NCBI RefSeq assembly: GCF_040938485.1
Contig: NW_027270918.1
Coordinates: 5,580,001 to 5,644,000, forward strand
Source of the DNA: Diadema antillarum
Lineage: Eukaryota
Length of the DNA: 64,000 bases
Direction of reading: 5' to 3'
This document shows positions 1 through 12,269 of this stretch, in pieces. Made by a program: the position numbers and the translations under genes. The notes beneath the pieces were generated by a model. It did not search any database and was not told the origin of the DNA. It saw only the letters and a program-made list of their open reading frames with translations. Position 1 is the first letter of the stretch. Each line of letters opens with the position of its first letter.

Positions 1-1209
1 CTCAGTCATTGCTTGATGAGAATACTACTACAGCTTGTGATGTCACATGTGTACAACGATATAAAGAAAACATAGGGAAAGTTCATCATATTTTCACATA
101 ACAAACATTGAACATTTCGCATAACAAAAGAACGCTTGACTTGCCTCTTTTTGAAGGCAGGGTAAAGAATATTACCCTTTAATGTCAGTGACAAGTCGAG
201 GAAATGTGTACTTTTTTCGAAAAGTAAAATTTTGTGAAATTCTCTTTATATTTTACTTATATCCTTGTACGCATATGACATCAAACACTGTAGTAGTGTT
301 CTTATGCAGCAGGGATTGTGCAGATACTTTAAAAATTCATATAACTTTTGAACAGATTGTCTGATCTTTCTCAAACTTCCATTGAAGTGTTCTACTATCA
401 TTGTGCCATTCACTCAATTCACAGATTTATGAAGGTAGACTTGTCCTTTAAGTTAAATTGAAAGATTTATTAATACATAATTTATTCTAACAGTTCTTGA
501 ACTGTATGGTATATAATGAAATTAGTGAAATGATGATGCCACAACTTGCAAAGTAAAGTTTGTATACTAATTCTTGAAATTTCTCCTTTTCAGACAAAAT
601 CATGCCACTACAGCAAATTCTGACATATCTAATTGAACATTGTTTTGAAGTTATTCAGCTATGAATACTGTTTACATTTTTAAGGTACAAAAAAATGAAT
701 ATTGTCAACTTTTTCTACATGATCAATGAGGAACTGGGAGATTATGACATCGTTAGCTCACTTTTTTTTTTCATTCACAGCAACTTTCCAGAAGTTTTAT
801 GCCATACTTTTAGCCTTTACCCGATTTCGATCAATTTTCACTATTGGGCCTGTATGACCTATAACTCTTCATTTTTATACTATTTTGAATTAGTCTTGAA
901 AGCCTCGTATCAGAAATAATTGGAAAGACAATGCGTGTTACTACTTATTACAGTGTTTAAATGTAGAAAGATTCTCCTTGAAGCAGAATTAAAAGAATGA
1001 TTGACTGCATTCTTATTTGTTAATGAGTGAGCTGTGGTTATGTTTATAAAACTTCAAAATGTCTAAAAGGCCAAATATTGTTTTCATTTATTTCATCATA
1101 GGTATTAACACAAATAATACATAATCCGTTTAATGTAAAAATCAATTTATTTCTTACCTTACCTCTGAATAATTTTTGTGGGTTACTCTTGGAGAATTTT
1201 TTTCTGAAT

Positions 1210-1515
1210 TCAAACTTTCACGTTCTTCAGTGAAGATCTATTCTTCCAATTAATAAACAGCAGATCCTTCAGCGTTGACCTGATAAGCGGCTGGCTCACC
1301 GCGTAGGAGATCGGGTTGAGAAGGCTGTTTCCGCTCGCCAACCAGGGGAAAAAAAGCATCACAGGCCTGGGTAGACCCTGCACGATAAGTACGGGATTGA
1401 TGGAGTAGATCAAACCGATGATGCTTTGAGGTAACCAAGCAACCACGAATGACAGAACGATGAACAAGAGAGTTCGTGTCGCTTTCCGCATTTCGGCAGC
1501 CGACTCGCGTGTCCC
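1210..1515 (-). CDS. GPCR copy 1, exon 2 (TM6, TM7, C-tail)
   Basis: Polypyrimidine tract and CAG acceptor (1518-1516), phase 0. Encodes KATRTL, FVVAWLP and NSLLNPISY. Spliced protein is 398 aa. Confidence 0.92.
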   Translation of the reverse strand, partial: GTRESAAEMRKATRTLLFIVLSFVVAWLPQSIIGLIYSINPVLIVQGLPRPVMLFFPWLASGNSLLNPISYAVSQPLIRSTLKDLLFINWKNRSSLKNVKV

Positions 1516-2096
1516 CTGCAAAAATGGAACAAGAAAGGGTATTCTGAAAATAATTTTGTCAAATACTTGGTTTTTTCTTTACATTGACAAAGAACTTAGC
1601 TTTGAACTTTCCTTGAATTGATTTAATTCATTCTTATTTCAACGATAACTAATAGTATAGTTTTATTGAAAATTCGAATTGATATTTCTTCGTTTATTCC
1701 TTTTTTATATTATACATTGAAAAAACAATATTTCCTGTTATATCATATTTTGACCAACTTAATATGTGTAATTAAGAACAAAGTTAGGCATTATATTTGG
1801 GCCTATGGGTCTGTGAAAACAAATGCAAACGATGCATTTTGCTGTTGTACGTTATCAAGATTGGAATATGTACTTTATTTATTGTAAAGAAGAAATATTG
1901 TAAACTGATTGTTTTTTTTTTTTAATATTTTGGTTGACGGTGAAAATAATACAATCAAGAAAATAAACTTATCGTATATTTGTGATTCAAAAGAACCACA
2001 TTAATTTCATCTTCTTATTTCTTAAGGCCAAGCATTTTCTAAAATCCTTAATAGTTATTGACAGCTTAGAGTTTTCATAAAGGATGCTGAAATATA

Positions 2097-3155
2097 TACC
2101 CCCGTCACACTAGAGGCGAAATGACCCGGAATGCTGTTGGAATAAATATTCTGGCCCATTCTTGTGGCCGGCCCGAATGTTTTGACCATGCTTAACACAT
2201 TCGAGGAGCATTCGAAGTGGAAAAGTATCGATCTGCATTCGAATGGTATTCTAATTGGACTCTGATTGCATTCTAAATGTTCCTGAAGCATTCTACATCA
2301 TTTGAAACAATCTGACCTCTTGAGGGAGAATCGGTTTTGCACCTCAAATCCTGCCAGAAATTTTAGAATGCTCAAATGTGCAAACAATACATTTATTACC
2401 CCCAGTTAAATTCTTGTAAATAGTGAAAAGGTTAGTGTAAAGATTAGAGTTCAGGTTAGGTTTAGAGTTGCAATTAGGGTTGGGGTTAGGATTAGGTTCA
2501 GGATGAGGATTGGGGTTAGGGTCAAGGGAAGGGTCTGGGGTAATTGCCCAGGGGGTAATTGGCCTAGATACTCTCTTTCAAGGAGGTCTTGCTGGAGGAC
2601 AGCAATCTGTAGCAAAGCACCATGGTCCAAGGGGTCCACACTCTATCATGATCGGGTTGAGACTGGTGAAAAAGCAAGATCCGTCACCATTTTACACGCT
2701 ATCGGAGACCATTCCGGGGGTTCTTGACACACACAGGACATTCGTGTTGCATTCTAAGTGTATTCGAAGTTTTCGCGCTGCATTCTGTACTGTACTATAT
2801 ATTGTACTGTATTTGAGCGCCTTCCGACCATCAAACTTCGGGCAGCAATCGAATCGCGCTCGTGCGGCATTCCAAGTGCTTTCTAAAATTCTGACCGCAT
2901 TCTAACAACATTCTGAATATTCCTACCGCGTTCCCACTACAGTATATTCGAGCAGCATTCGAGAGCTAATTCAATCGGAATGTGCAAGAATGATTTGAGA
3001 AGGGTTCGAAGTGAATTCCAAGTATTCAAACAGCATTCCTACCAAGCAGTTGCAATATGAATTTTCCTCCCGAATGTGGCGCGAATTTTGAAAATCCTTA
3101 ATTCCGACCGGTTTTGCTTGATTCGTGCTGATTCCGAATTAGTGTGACGGGGGTA
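2097..3155. mobile_element. Non-autonomous DNA transposon in the intron of GPCR copy 1
   Basis: Perfect terminal inverted repeat TACCCCCGTCACACTA / TAGTGTGACGGGGGTA with TA on both flanks. Rich in GAATG/CATTC motifs. Absent from the homologous intron of copy 2. Confidence 0.82.
2395..2560. repeat. Degenerate TTAGGG-like tract bounded by ATTACCCCC / GGGGGTAAT, nested in the 2097-3155 element
   Basis: Repeated ggttag/gggttagg units and short inverted ends; a similar tract lies at about 48385-48470. Confidence 0.5.
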
Positions 3156-3262
3156 TAACGCGGTCATGTCGGAACCAAGGAATGAAAAATAACAATTAAC
3201 GAAATCAAGCATACTAGTACTGTAAATGTTTATAAAAAAGGAGGATTAAGCTGATTTCTTAC

Positions 3263-4153
3263 ATCCGGTTTCTTGTCGACATTTGTACCGGCTTTCTTGG
3301 TGCTCCTCCGTGCAACATCTTGTCCATACTGATTTGCTCCGACGGAATCGACGTCCATGTCGATGGTTGAATTATTCTGAGACGACGTTGTGGCGTCTTT
3401 CGGAAAATCTGTAACCACTTTACTGAGATTTTTCTTCACATCGAATTTCTTTTCGACAAATTTTGCACCCCGTGTCTTTCTGATCTTTAGAAATATGCGA
3501 AAGTAGAGGATGGAGATTAAAAAGAAGGGTAAGTAGAAGGTAACAACAACACCGAGTAAGGAGACTTCTGGTATTGCGTAGTACTTGTTAAGGCAGTGAT
3601 GTCCGTTGTCAAAGTTGTCGATGAACTCCCAGGCTGTGATGAACATCATCCAGAAAGTAAAAGCAACAAGCCACGCCAGGGAGTTAAGAAACAAAGCTTT
3701 GCGTTTGCTGCGAGACGTGAAATGGTTGATGGGGTCGTAGGTTGCACGATGTCGGTCAGCGCAGATGATCACGACGACGAAATTAGAAGCACTGAGGAGT
3801 GACCGACTTATCCCAGTTACAATCTTACAAAGGTCCTGATTCAGGGGATAATAGCCGATGTGAGTATGGATAACGCTAATGATCAGGCGAAATCCAGAGA
3901 GGAGATCGAGAATGGATAGGTTGATGATGAAATAGTTGTTATAAGTGCGAAGTTTCTTGTTCACGCAAAAAGCTGCAAGATTTAGACAGTTTGCGACAAT
4001 GATGCAAGCCGTATACAGGGAGGTCCAGAGGAGACCAAAAATGCCGGAAGATTTCGACCCTCCAGCTTTAGTGTACACTTCAACCCCGGTTGAATTGTCG
4101 AGAGCAGTTTCAACCCAAAATGTAGGGTATGTCTGCGTAGATGACATGGTCAT
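3263..4153 (-). CDS. GPCR copy 1, exon 1 (N-terminus, TM1-TM5, ICL3); class A aminergic-like orphan receptor
   Basis: ORF 3230-4153 has TM2 NLSILDLL, TM3 CK...ADRH, TM4 W and TM5 FYLP. GT donor (GAT|GTAAGA) at 3262-3261 gives 297 codons, phase 0. Confidence 0.93.
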
Positions 4154-7054
4154 CTCGTCTTGATTATTTAGTTGAGAGAGATTTTTCCGTCTCCGATCTA
4201 GAAAGGTCTCACTTCACCACAGTGTGAGGAAATGACAGAGTCAAATCATATATCTATATCATGTCAGCTCCACAAACAAAAGATGAAATGCATCAACTCA
4301 CATGCTTCGCATTTCACTTGACCTCGCAAAGTAACATGGTCTTCTGAAAGTATAGACTTACTAAAGTTATACACAAAGACCTGGGAAGTTCACTTCCTTG
4401 ACAATAAATTGTAGAACTTGCTATGGAGTAAATGGAATGTCACTTAGAGACTCGTGGCGTAAGGGTGAGATAACAAAATTCATTAGAATTAATAAGAGTG
4501 GTAACCATCTCCTTCAATGAAAATCCTTTTCTATGAAGGTATGAGCTAGCTTACTTAAAGTCGTAACGCAGGAATCTAAAAAGTACTTTCGAAAAAGCTC
4601 GCACACTTGTTATTAACTGGTAAATTAGCCCTATCACGTGACTGAATATCATTGTGACGTGTTTCAAAGCCGTCAACATTTTCGTCTAGACAGACTTACA
4701 ACCTTCCTTTATACAAAAACCAACATTATCGAACAGACAGTTGGAAAATGCTGTGCTGACCTAGGGAACTCCGAGATATCTCCTCTTGTGTTATTCTTTT
4801 TGAATGCACTTCCAGAAGGATTAAAGACCCCCTTATCATTAAAGTGCTTATCATGAACTTCGCTGTAGGCTAGGTAGGATTATCCACAACATTAGACATT
4901 GAATTTATGTTGGCATGTCATAATGAGACAGTATCATTTAGGAATAAGTTGCTTGTAACAAAGGATCCATAATGACCCTAGCTGTACCGTGCTGCCATTT
5001 GAAATAATAATGATAATCCTGTTTTTGTTTCGTTCCAAAAAAAAAAAAAGTATTGGTAACACTTTTCGTTTTTGGTTTTGTTTGATTTAGGCATGTTAAG
5101 AGTCTGCGTTTAAACGAAAAGTGTAATGAACGAAAAAAAAAAAGGAATTGCCTCTATTGATCGGGCAAACTATGGAACAGCAATCACACTCTTTCATGCA
5201 CTTTCGTCTGTAATTTCCTTTTGTCAGAAATGACGACAAGTATCAGACTTAAGAAAATATCACCTCTCTTAATATTCTTCGTCTGCATCGAAAACCCCAG
5301 CATGAATTACTGGCCCAGGTTTTTTTTTTTTTTTCTGTAAGAATAGAATTATATCAAGAGAGGAAAGGAAGCCACCGTTGCCATGCTGCTTCCTGCAGAT
5401 ACTGACGTTATCAACGGTTTCTAACAATGGCGTTTTTTCAAAGAGTGAGATCCTATCAATAAAAATAGATGGTAGGTATACGCCCTTGTGGAGTATAGAG
5501 ACACACACTCAAGAAAGGAGAGAGAGGGGGACCGGATAGCAATAGGTTTGCCATTTTTCTGAGTGTTTTTAATTAGAGGCTTTCCAGCTCTGTCCTTGAC
5601 CTCAGAAAGCACAAGTGAATTAACGAAAAGAAAGAAGAATATCTCTTATGTGGAATTCTTAAAACCACCATGGCAAGTAGCACGGCTTGCTTTTCCATGC
5701 AGTTTTAATTCTATCTTGATTTCGTATGAGTTTATCACTCCCTTTCTTCCTGTGTGAAAAAGCATTGCGGATGAAAATTGCTATGAAAATTGCGATACTG
5801 AATTCAAGGTTAGCCTGCTTATACAGTGACGGGGCGATCTTTAACGGCCCATTAACGACACTGTTCAAGCATGCTAACCTGGAAACATTGAACTGCACAT
5901 TACTTGAATAATAACAACTGATTATGCATGAGACTATTCTGAAGCAAATAATTTTTACACAATAATAGATATATGATGTACTCTTAAATGACTCCCACAA
6001 GGAATGGAACAATCATCCCCCATCATTCCCACTGATTCCCACTGATCACTTACTAGCCATCCCCTTTAAACTGGAAACGATTCAAACTTAAACCCTGTTA
6101 AACAAAACTTGTTATTAAATTTTCAAATGTCTTAACTACGTGAGCAGTAAGACAAGTAAGAGGGTAAAGCATTCTTAATCACATTTTACCGTTCCTATGA
6201 TACCTGATGTCCGAAGTGCTTTTTTAATAGCAAACACACGCCCTAATGGTTCTTGACGAAGAATTGAGATGAAAATGCAGAGATGCAGTTTGATTTGGAT
6301 TTGATTTTTATTTATTTCGACACGGCTAAAAGCCTCTTTTCAGGGAGGCCGTGCATAAGGATTAACAGAACTGAATCACGAATAAACAATATACCACGAG
6401 AATGAAAAGATGGTGCACATGTGTCAAGAGTACTGACGAACGTTCAGAATTACCAGCCATCTATTTCCTTTTCGGATTAACGAACCATCGAAAAATACTT
6501 CCTTCATTTTCGAATTAACAAACCTTGAAAATGACGACTCTTGCTCCATTTCCGGATCAATAAATATTCGGAATAGCGAACCTTTAGAGTAACAAACTGT
6601 CAGCCCTTGGATGACCGTGGCTGAAGTTTTACTTAAAGGCATCATTTACCATTTGCAGATAAAACAAAAACGCAGCATTAGCGCTTTAGAATAGTTCTAA
6701 AATGTGAGTTAAGCATAGAAACAACCACTGTAAAAATTTGAATCCGTATAATCGATGGTGTTGTTAAATACACAAAACGAGAACAATAGTTATAATAAAA
6801 ATGTTTCCAGACCAAACCTTCTTCAGTTACGGTTTATTGAGAAAAAACCCTGATATCTCCTCAGACTTAAGGTTTTACCGCGAAAATTTTATATGGTAGG
6901 ATGTTTTGTGATAAAACAGACCTATACATATGCATCAATATTATTATCTTGAACTTTTTTGAAATCACTGCTCCAAAAGGTAAAGTGGACCTTTAATGAA
7001 GTGGCGGATACAGATGAGGCATGAGAACGGTTGAGCGCGCTGTAATAAGCTAAT

Positions 7055-7374
7055 AGGGATCTTTAGATTTTCGCGACGGGGATGATCAGAGGAAAAAAAA
7101 AAAACGTATTCTGCGCACGCGCAAAATCGCGTATCAAAGTCGATGTATTATAGCTCGCGTCGTCTGAGTTTTCACTATGCGTTCTTATGGTATTTTTACG
7201 TCCGCTGAATTCACGACGTTGATAGCTACTTCACGCAGCAATCATATGGGGACGCCATTTTATTTTTCATAGGTTGCGCCTCAGCGTAATCTAAAGCTGT
7301 TTTTTTTTTTTTAATACGACGCAGGAAAGAGGAGAACGTCCAGCACAAGCGTCGCTGCTAATCTAAAGCTCCCT
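7055..7374. mobile_element. MITE with AGGGA(T/G)CTTTAGATT inverted ends and AAT target duplication
   Basis: AAT|AGGGATCTTTAGATT ... AATCTAAAGCTCCCT|AAT. Confidence 0.72.
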
Positions 7375-7964
7375 AATGTCAGGGAAAGACGTGTACAAGG
7401 GAGAAAAAAATCCTTTTAAACCTCTCTGTCATCACGTACGATTTGACATTCAAGGCAAGCATTCATGGAGCATTCATCTTTATGCTTTCAGTGAGATGAT
7501 AAATCCATTGGTGTCTGTTTTGAGCTTTTGAGAATTTGCCACCAGGTCCCTATTACAATGATGATGAACTGGGTAATCTTCCTCTTAGAGTATAATGAAT
7601 GTATAGTATTAATGTTCAATAATTGACACAGAAACGGCGATACAGAGGGCGCTATTTTGTGGCTAATGAAGGGTCTGGCTAACTGGTGTTACAGTCCCTG
7701 TATGAAGGGACTCTAGCTGATATTATACGGCTAGTAAAGTGGAGCTGCAGCTGAAATCACGGGAGAGAGTAAAAAACACCCCCCCCCCCCGAAAAATACC
7801 CGTGATATGTGGAAAAGTGGTTATTGAAATGTTGACAATTCCATGAGAATTATAGTATGTAGAAGTGTTGATTTTTTATGATATGTACGCATATAATACT
7901 ATATTCCAACTGACACAGAAAAATCTCTTAATTTGGGTTCCACCAATGCTCACTATGTGACAGC

Positions 7965-8650
7965 CATTAGATAAAGTTCAAGTGATATACAGGAGTTTTA
8001 CAATACTAGTTAATAAAAACAGTTTAAAAAATAATTATTAAGTTTATGCAATAGAAGTTATATTAGATAAAGTTCACGTGATAAAACGTGGTTTTACAAT
8101 ACTGGTTGATAAACAGAGTTTGAAAAATACTTAATAAGTTTATACACTATAAGTTATATGATTGGATTAAGTTCGCGTGATAAAACGTGGTTTTACAATA
8201 CCGGATGATAAATAGAATTTGAAAAATACTTATTAAGTTTATACAATAAAAGTTGTATAATTAGATAAAGTTCACGTGATAAAACGTGGTTTTACAATGC
8301 TGGTCGATAAACAGAGTTGAAAAATACTTATTAAGTTTATACAATAAAAGTTTTATAATTTGATTAAGTTCACGTGATAAAACGGGGTTTTACAATACTG
8401 GTTTTATAAATAGAGTTTGAAGAATACTTATTAAGTTTATACAATAAAAGTTATATAATTACATAAAGTTCACGTGATAAAACGTGGTTTTACAATACTG
8501 GTTTGATAAATAGAGTTTGAAAAATACTTATTAAGTTTATACAATAAAAGTTATATAATTAGATAAAGTTCACGTGATAAAACGTGGTTTTACAATACTG
8601 GTTGATAAACAGAGTTTAAAAAATGCTCATCAACTTTATACAATATAAAC
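7965..8650. repeat. Minisatellite, about 99-bp unit x 7
   Basis: CACGTG-containing core recurs at 7979 (variant), 8075, 8174 (variant), 8273, 8371, 8471 and 8571. Confidence 0.92.
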
Positions 8651-10428
8651 ATTGATGAAATTAAACATATCTCCACTGCTTGTGAGACACTACTTAAGGA
8701 AATAGGTAAAGAAGAGGTCTTTGTTATTAATATTTTGATTAGATCAATGCCCAAATTACACAAGATAAAGCTCCGTTACCAGTTGTGGACATTGCGTACA
8801 AGTAGATGGAATAATAAATACAAAAGACTGAAGTAAAGTAATTATAAAGTAAAGAAAGCATTCTAGTTATTACAGTGGAATGATTCCAATATGATTATGC
8901 ACTATGAACAACAAAAGCTCCCAAGGAATGATGTCAAAAGTATGTTTTAGCAAAGTATTACAAAACGAAGAGTTAAAGTATAGAGTTAGTCTCAAGTGTT
9001 GGGATTTGAGGCCTTGACCAATGCATAACTTCTCCCAATTTTTGATGCCTACTGTTGAATTATTCTTTAATATCAATCAGCGACACGGAATTCTACTTTT
9101 GTTTTTTAACGATCACAAGATGTTTTGTTCGTACATTTAAATCGTGGTTTTGAAATCAATGCAGATCCAGTCTAAAATGAAATACTAATGATTCTTTAAA
9201 CCAGGAATATGCCAGGATTTCTCGTAAGGATCGACTAAAATGTATATTTACAAAACTAGTCAACAAATGCATTCCTTAGATTATGTTAAACAAGATTTAA
9301 AAAGAGGCAAATATTATCTTACATTGCGAAAATGACAAAAGGTAGTCAAATTCTGGGTTAGATTAGATTTTAAGGGAATACATTTGAATTGGAAACTATC
9401 TGCAACGGTTGAGTTTTAGTTCATCACAAATAGATGCCAAAAAAAGGATGAAAATGTGCGAAACGTCGAACGTTCATATTTCGGAGGTCTAGGAAAGTCT
9501 GATCTGCAGTCTTTCAGGATAAAGATAACACAGATCTCCCCACTGTGCGATCGATGGATAGTCACATTAGCATGACCCTGAAAATCCATGTCATCAAGAA
9601 ACATAGTCTAGTCGCTTTTCAGGTTTTGATGTAAGCACGTACATGTATCCTTTCAAATGTTTGCCATATTTGCCTCGACTCCGAATACAAATGACCCTTG
9701 GTTAGATACCTGTAATTGACACATTTGATCACCAACGGAGACAGCGTAGATTTTTTTCCCGTTTCATTTTTCTGTCACTCATTTTGTTAAAATATATGTT
9801 GAGTACGGAAATAATGAAAGGGCAAATGTTTTGTGATAGAATTTACAAGTGAAGGGGGAAATCTTTATCAAGTTGCCTGCAACAAGTTCAAATAAAAGCC
9901 CTTACAAAATCAAAGACAACACATTTCTTATGCAATTAGGGTCCTCGGAAATAATTGTATAAATCCCACTTGTACATCAAATATGATTGTTTCCAAAAAG
10001 TTATTTGTTGAATACGATATTCTTTCAAAGAATCGTAAGAAAAATATAATATCATATACTCTTTATACCATTGAATATGTAAGGTAAATCGTACAAGATC
10101 GAAACAGGAAATGATTGCGAAGACAGTGCGTGCAACAACTCATGTTTGAACATCGAAAATATTCTAACTAGAAGGTGTCAATTATGCTTTTAAACAGAAT
10201 CAATGAATTCACTACATGCTCTTTATTTCTTTACTAGTAAATTGTGATTATGTTTCGAAGACTTCAAATGTCTAAAATGTATGATATTATCGTTTACATT
10301 TTTTAACGTTGTTATTTAGTGCACAGATATTCATGTCTTCAAGTTAAAGATTTCTTTTAATTGTCCTGGATAATATTTCCTTTTGAATACTCTATTATGA
10401 TTTGCTGCAGTGCTACATTTTCCTGGAT

Positions 10429-10728
10429 TCAAGAGTTTACTTTCTTCGGTGGAGATCTTTCCTTGCAATGATTGAAAAGCATGTTCTTCAGTGTTGACCT
10501 TAGAAGCGGCTGGCTCACTGCGTAGGAGATCGGGTTCAGAAGGCTGTTTCCGGTTGCCAACCAGGTGAAAAAAAGCATCCAAGCCCGGGGTAGGCCCTGC
10601 ACGATAAGCTGAGGCTTGACGGAATAGATCAAACCGATGATGCTCTGAGGTAACCAGGCAACAACGAAAGACAGCACGATGAACAAGAGGGTTCGTGTCG
10701 CTTTCCGCATTTCGGCAGCCGACTCGCG
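10429..10728 (-). CDS. GPCR copy 2, exon 2 (acceptor uncertain)
   Basis: TM6/TM7 intact (AWLPQ, NPISY). The aligned CAG acceptor reads AAA; the nearest in-frame AG is AAG at 10731-10729, so the 5' boundary is inferred. Confidence 0.8.
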   Translation of the reverse strand, partial: RESAAEMRKATRTLLFIVLSFVVAWLPQSIIGLIYSVKPQLIVQGLPRAWMLFFTWLATGNSLLNPISYAVSQPLLRSTLKNMLFNHCKERSPPKKVNS

Positions 10729-11378
10729 CTTTGATTTGAAATAGAGAAAAAGAAAAAGGCAGTTTGAAAAATAATACTTGGTCTTTTAACACTGACAAAG
10801 AACCTTTCATGATTTCATGATTCATTCTTATTCTAACCAAAAGTAATAGCTTAGTTTTATTGAAAATTAGAATTAATTTAATCGATATTCGTTACATTCA
10901 AGCAATCTTTCCTGTCATAATTATCATTCGTGCCAACTTAACTTTTTTTTTTTATTTCGAACAAAATTAGGTTTTGTATCTGTAGGTCTGTATAAACATT
11001 ATACAAAAGATGCCTTTTGCTGTTGTCCTTTATCAAGATTGGAACATATTGCAAAATGTAAAGAAGATACTCATTGTATCGTTTTTATATTTTCGTTGAT
11101 GGTGAAAATAATAAAAAAGAGAGAATATCAAATTGTCGTATATTTGGGATTCTGTTGAAGCACACAAATTTCAGTTTCTTGTTTCCAAAGGCCAAGCATT
11201 TAAAAAAAAATCCTCAATAGTCATTGGCAGCTTAGAGTTTCCAAAAAAAAATATTTGTGTTGTCTAAACGTGACTTGGGCTTATCGTAACCAGAAAAAGA
11301 AAGGTGACAACATTTGCGAAATCAAGCATATAGGCCTACTGAAAATACTTATTGAAAGGGATAAAGCTGATTGCTTAC

Positions 11379-12269
11379 ATTCGGTTTCTTGTCGACATTT
11401 GAACCGGCTTTCTTGGTGTTCCTCCGTGCAAAATCTTGTCCAAATTCTTTTTCTCCCAAAGACTCAACGTCCATGTCGATGGTTGAATTATTCTGAGACG
11501 ACGTTGTGGCGTCCTTCGGAATATTTGTGGAAACTATACTGAGATTATTCTTCACATCGAATTTCTTTTCGACAAGTTTCCCACCCCGTGTCTTTCTGAT
11601 CTTTAGAAATATACGAAGGTAGAGAAAGGTAATGAAAAAGAAAGGCAGATAGAAGATGATAACGACATTGACTACGGAAACTCCTGGTATTGTGGAATAT
11701 TTATTAACGCAGTGACGTCCGTTGTCAAAGTTGTCGATGAACTCCCAGGCTGTGATGAACATCATCCAGAAAGCAAAAGCAACAAGCCAGGCCAGGGAGT
11801 TAAGAAACAAAGCCTTACGTTTGCTGCGAGTCATGAAATGGTTGATGGGATCATAAGTCGCACGATGTCGGTCTGCGCAGATGATCACGACGACGAAATT
11901 AGAAGCACTGAGGAGGGACCTACTTATCCCATTCATAATCTTACAAAGATCCTGGTTCAGGGGATAGTAGCCGATGTGGGTATGGAGTACGCTAATGATC
12001 AGGCGAAAACCAGACAGGAGATCGAGAATGGATAGGTTGATGATGAAGTAGTTGTTGTAAGTGCGAAGCTTTTTGTTCACGCAAAAAGCTGTGAGAGTGA
12101 GAAGATTTGCGACAATAATGCAAGCCGTAAACAGGGAGGTCCACAGAAGACCAAATACGCTGGAAGAATTGGACCTCCCAGATTCTGTGTACACTTCACT
12201 CCCAGTTGTATTGTCGAGAGCAATTTCATCCCAAAACGTAGGGTATGTTTGCACTGATACTGTGGTCAT
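11379..12269 (-). CDS. GPCR copy 2, exon 1
   Basis: Paralog of copy 1 with the same motifs. Donor AAT|GTAAGC at 11378-11377; 297 codons. Confidence 0.92.

Noticed and set aside
1-452. Probable TTAA-type MITE fragments at the window start (GACAAGTC / GACTTGTCCTTTAA)
   Set aside because: The left end is not resolved and may be cut by the window edge, so boundaries cannot be supported.
2570-2760. MDPLDHGALLQIAVLQQDLLER as a possible transposase N-terminus inside the intron-1 element
   Set aside because: Too short and lacking the diagnostic WVRPW-type motif; cannot be supported without a database search.
3230-4153. 305-315 aa ORFs that look like stand-alone 5-TM receptors (also 11349-12269, 31404-32321, 44114-45061)
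   Set aside because: Each has a phase-0 GT donor at the same position and a downstream TM6-7 exon; the ORF tails are intron read-through.
7965-8650. CRISPR-like regular repeats (also 36730-38070)
   Set aside because: Units are contiguous tandem repeats without unique spacers, no cas genes are present and the context is eukaryotic.
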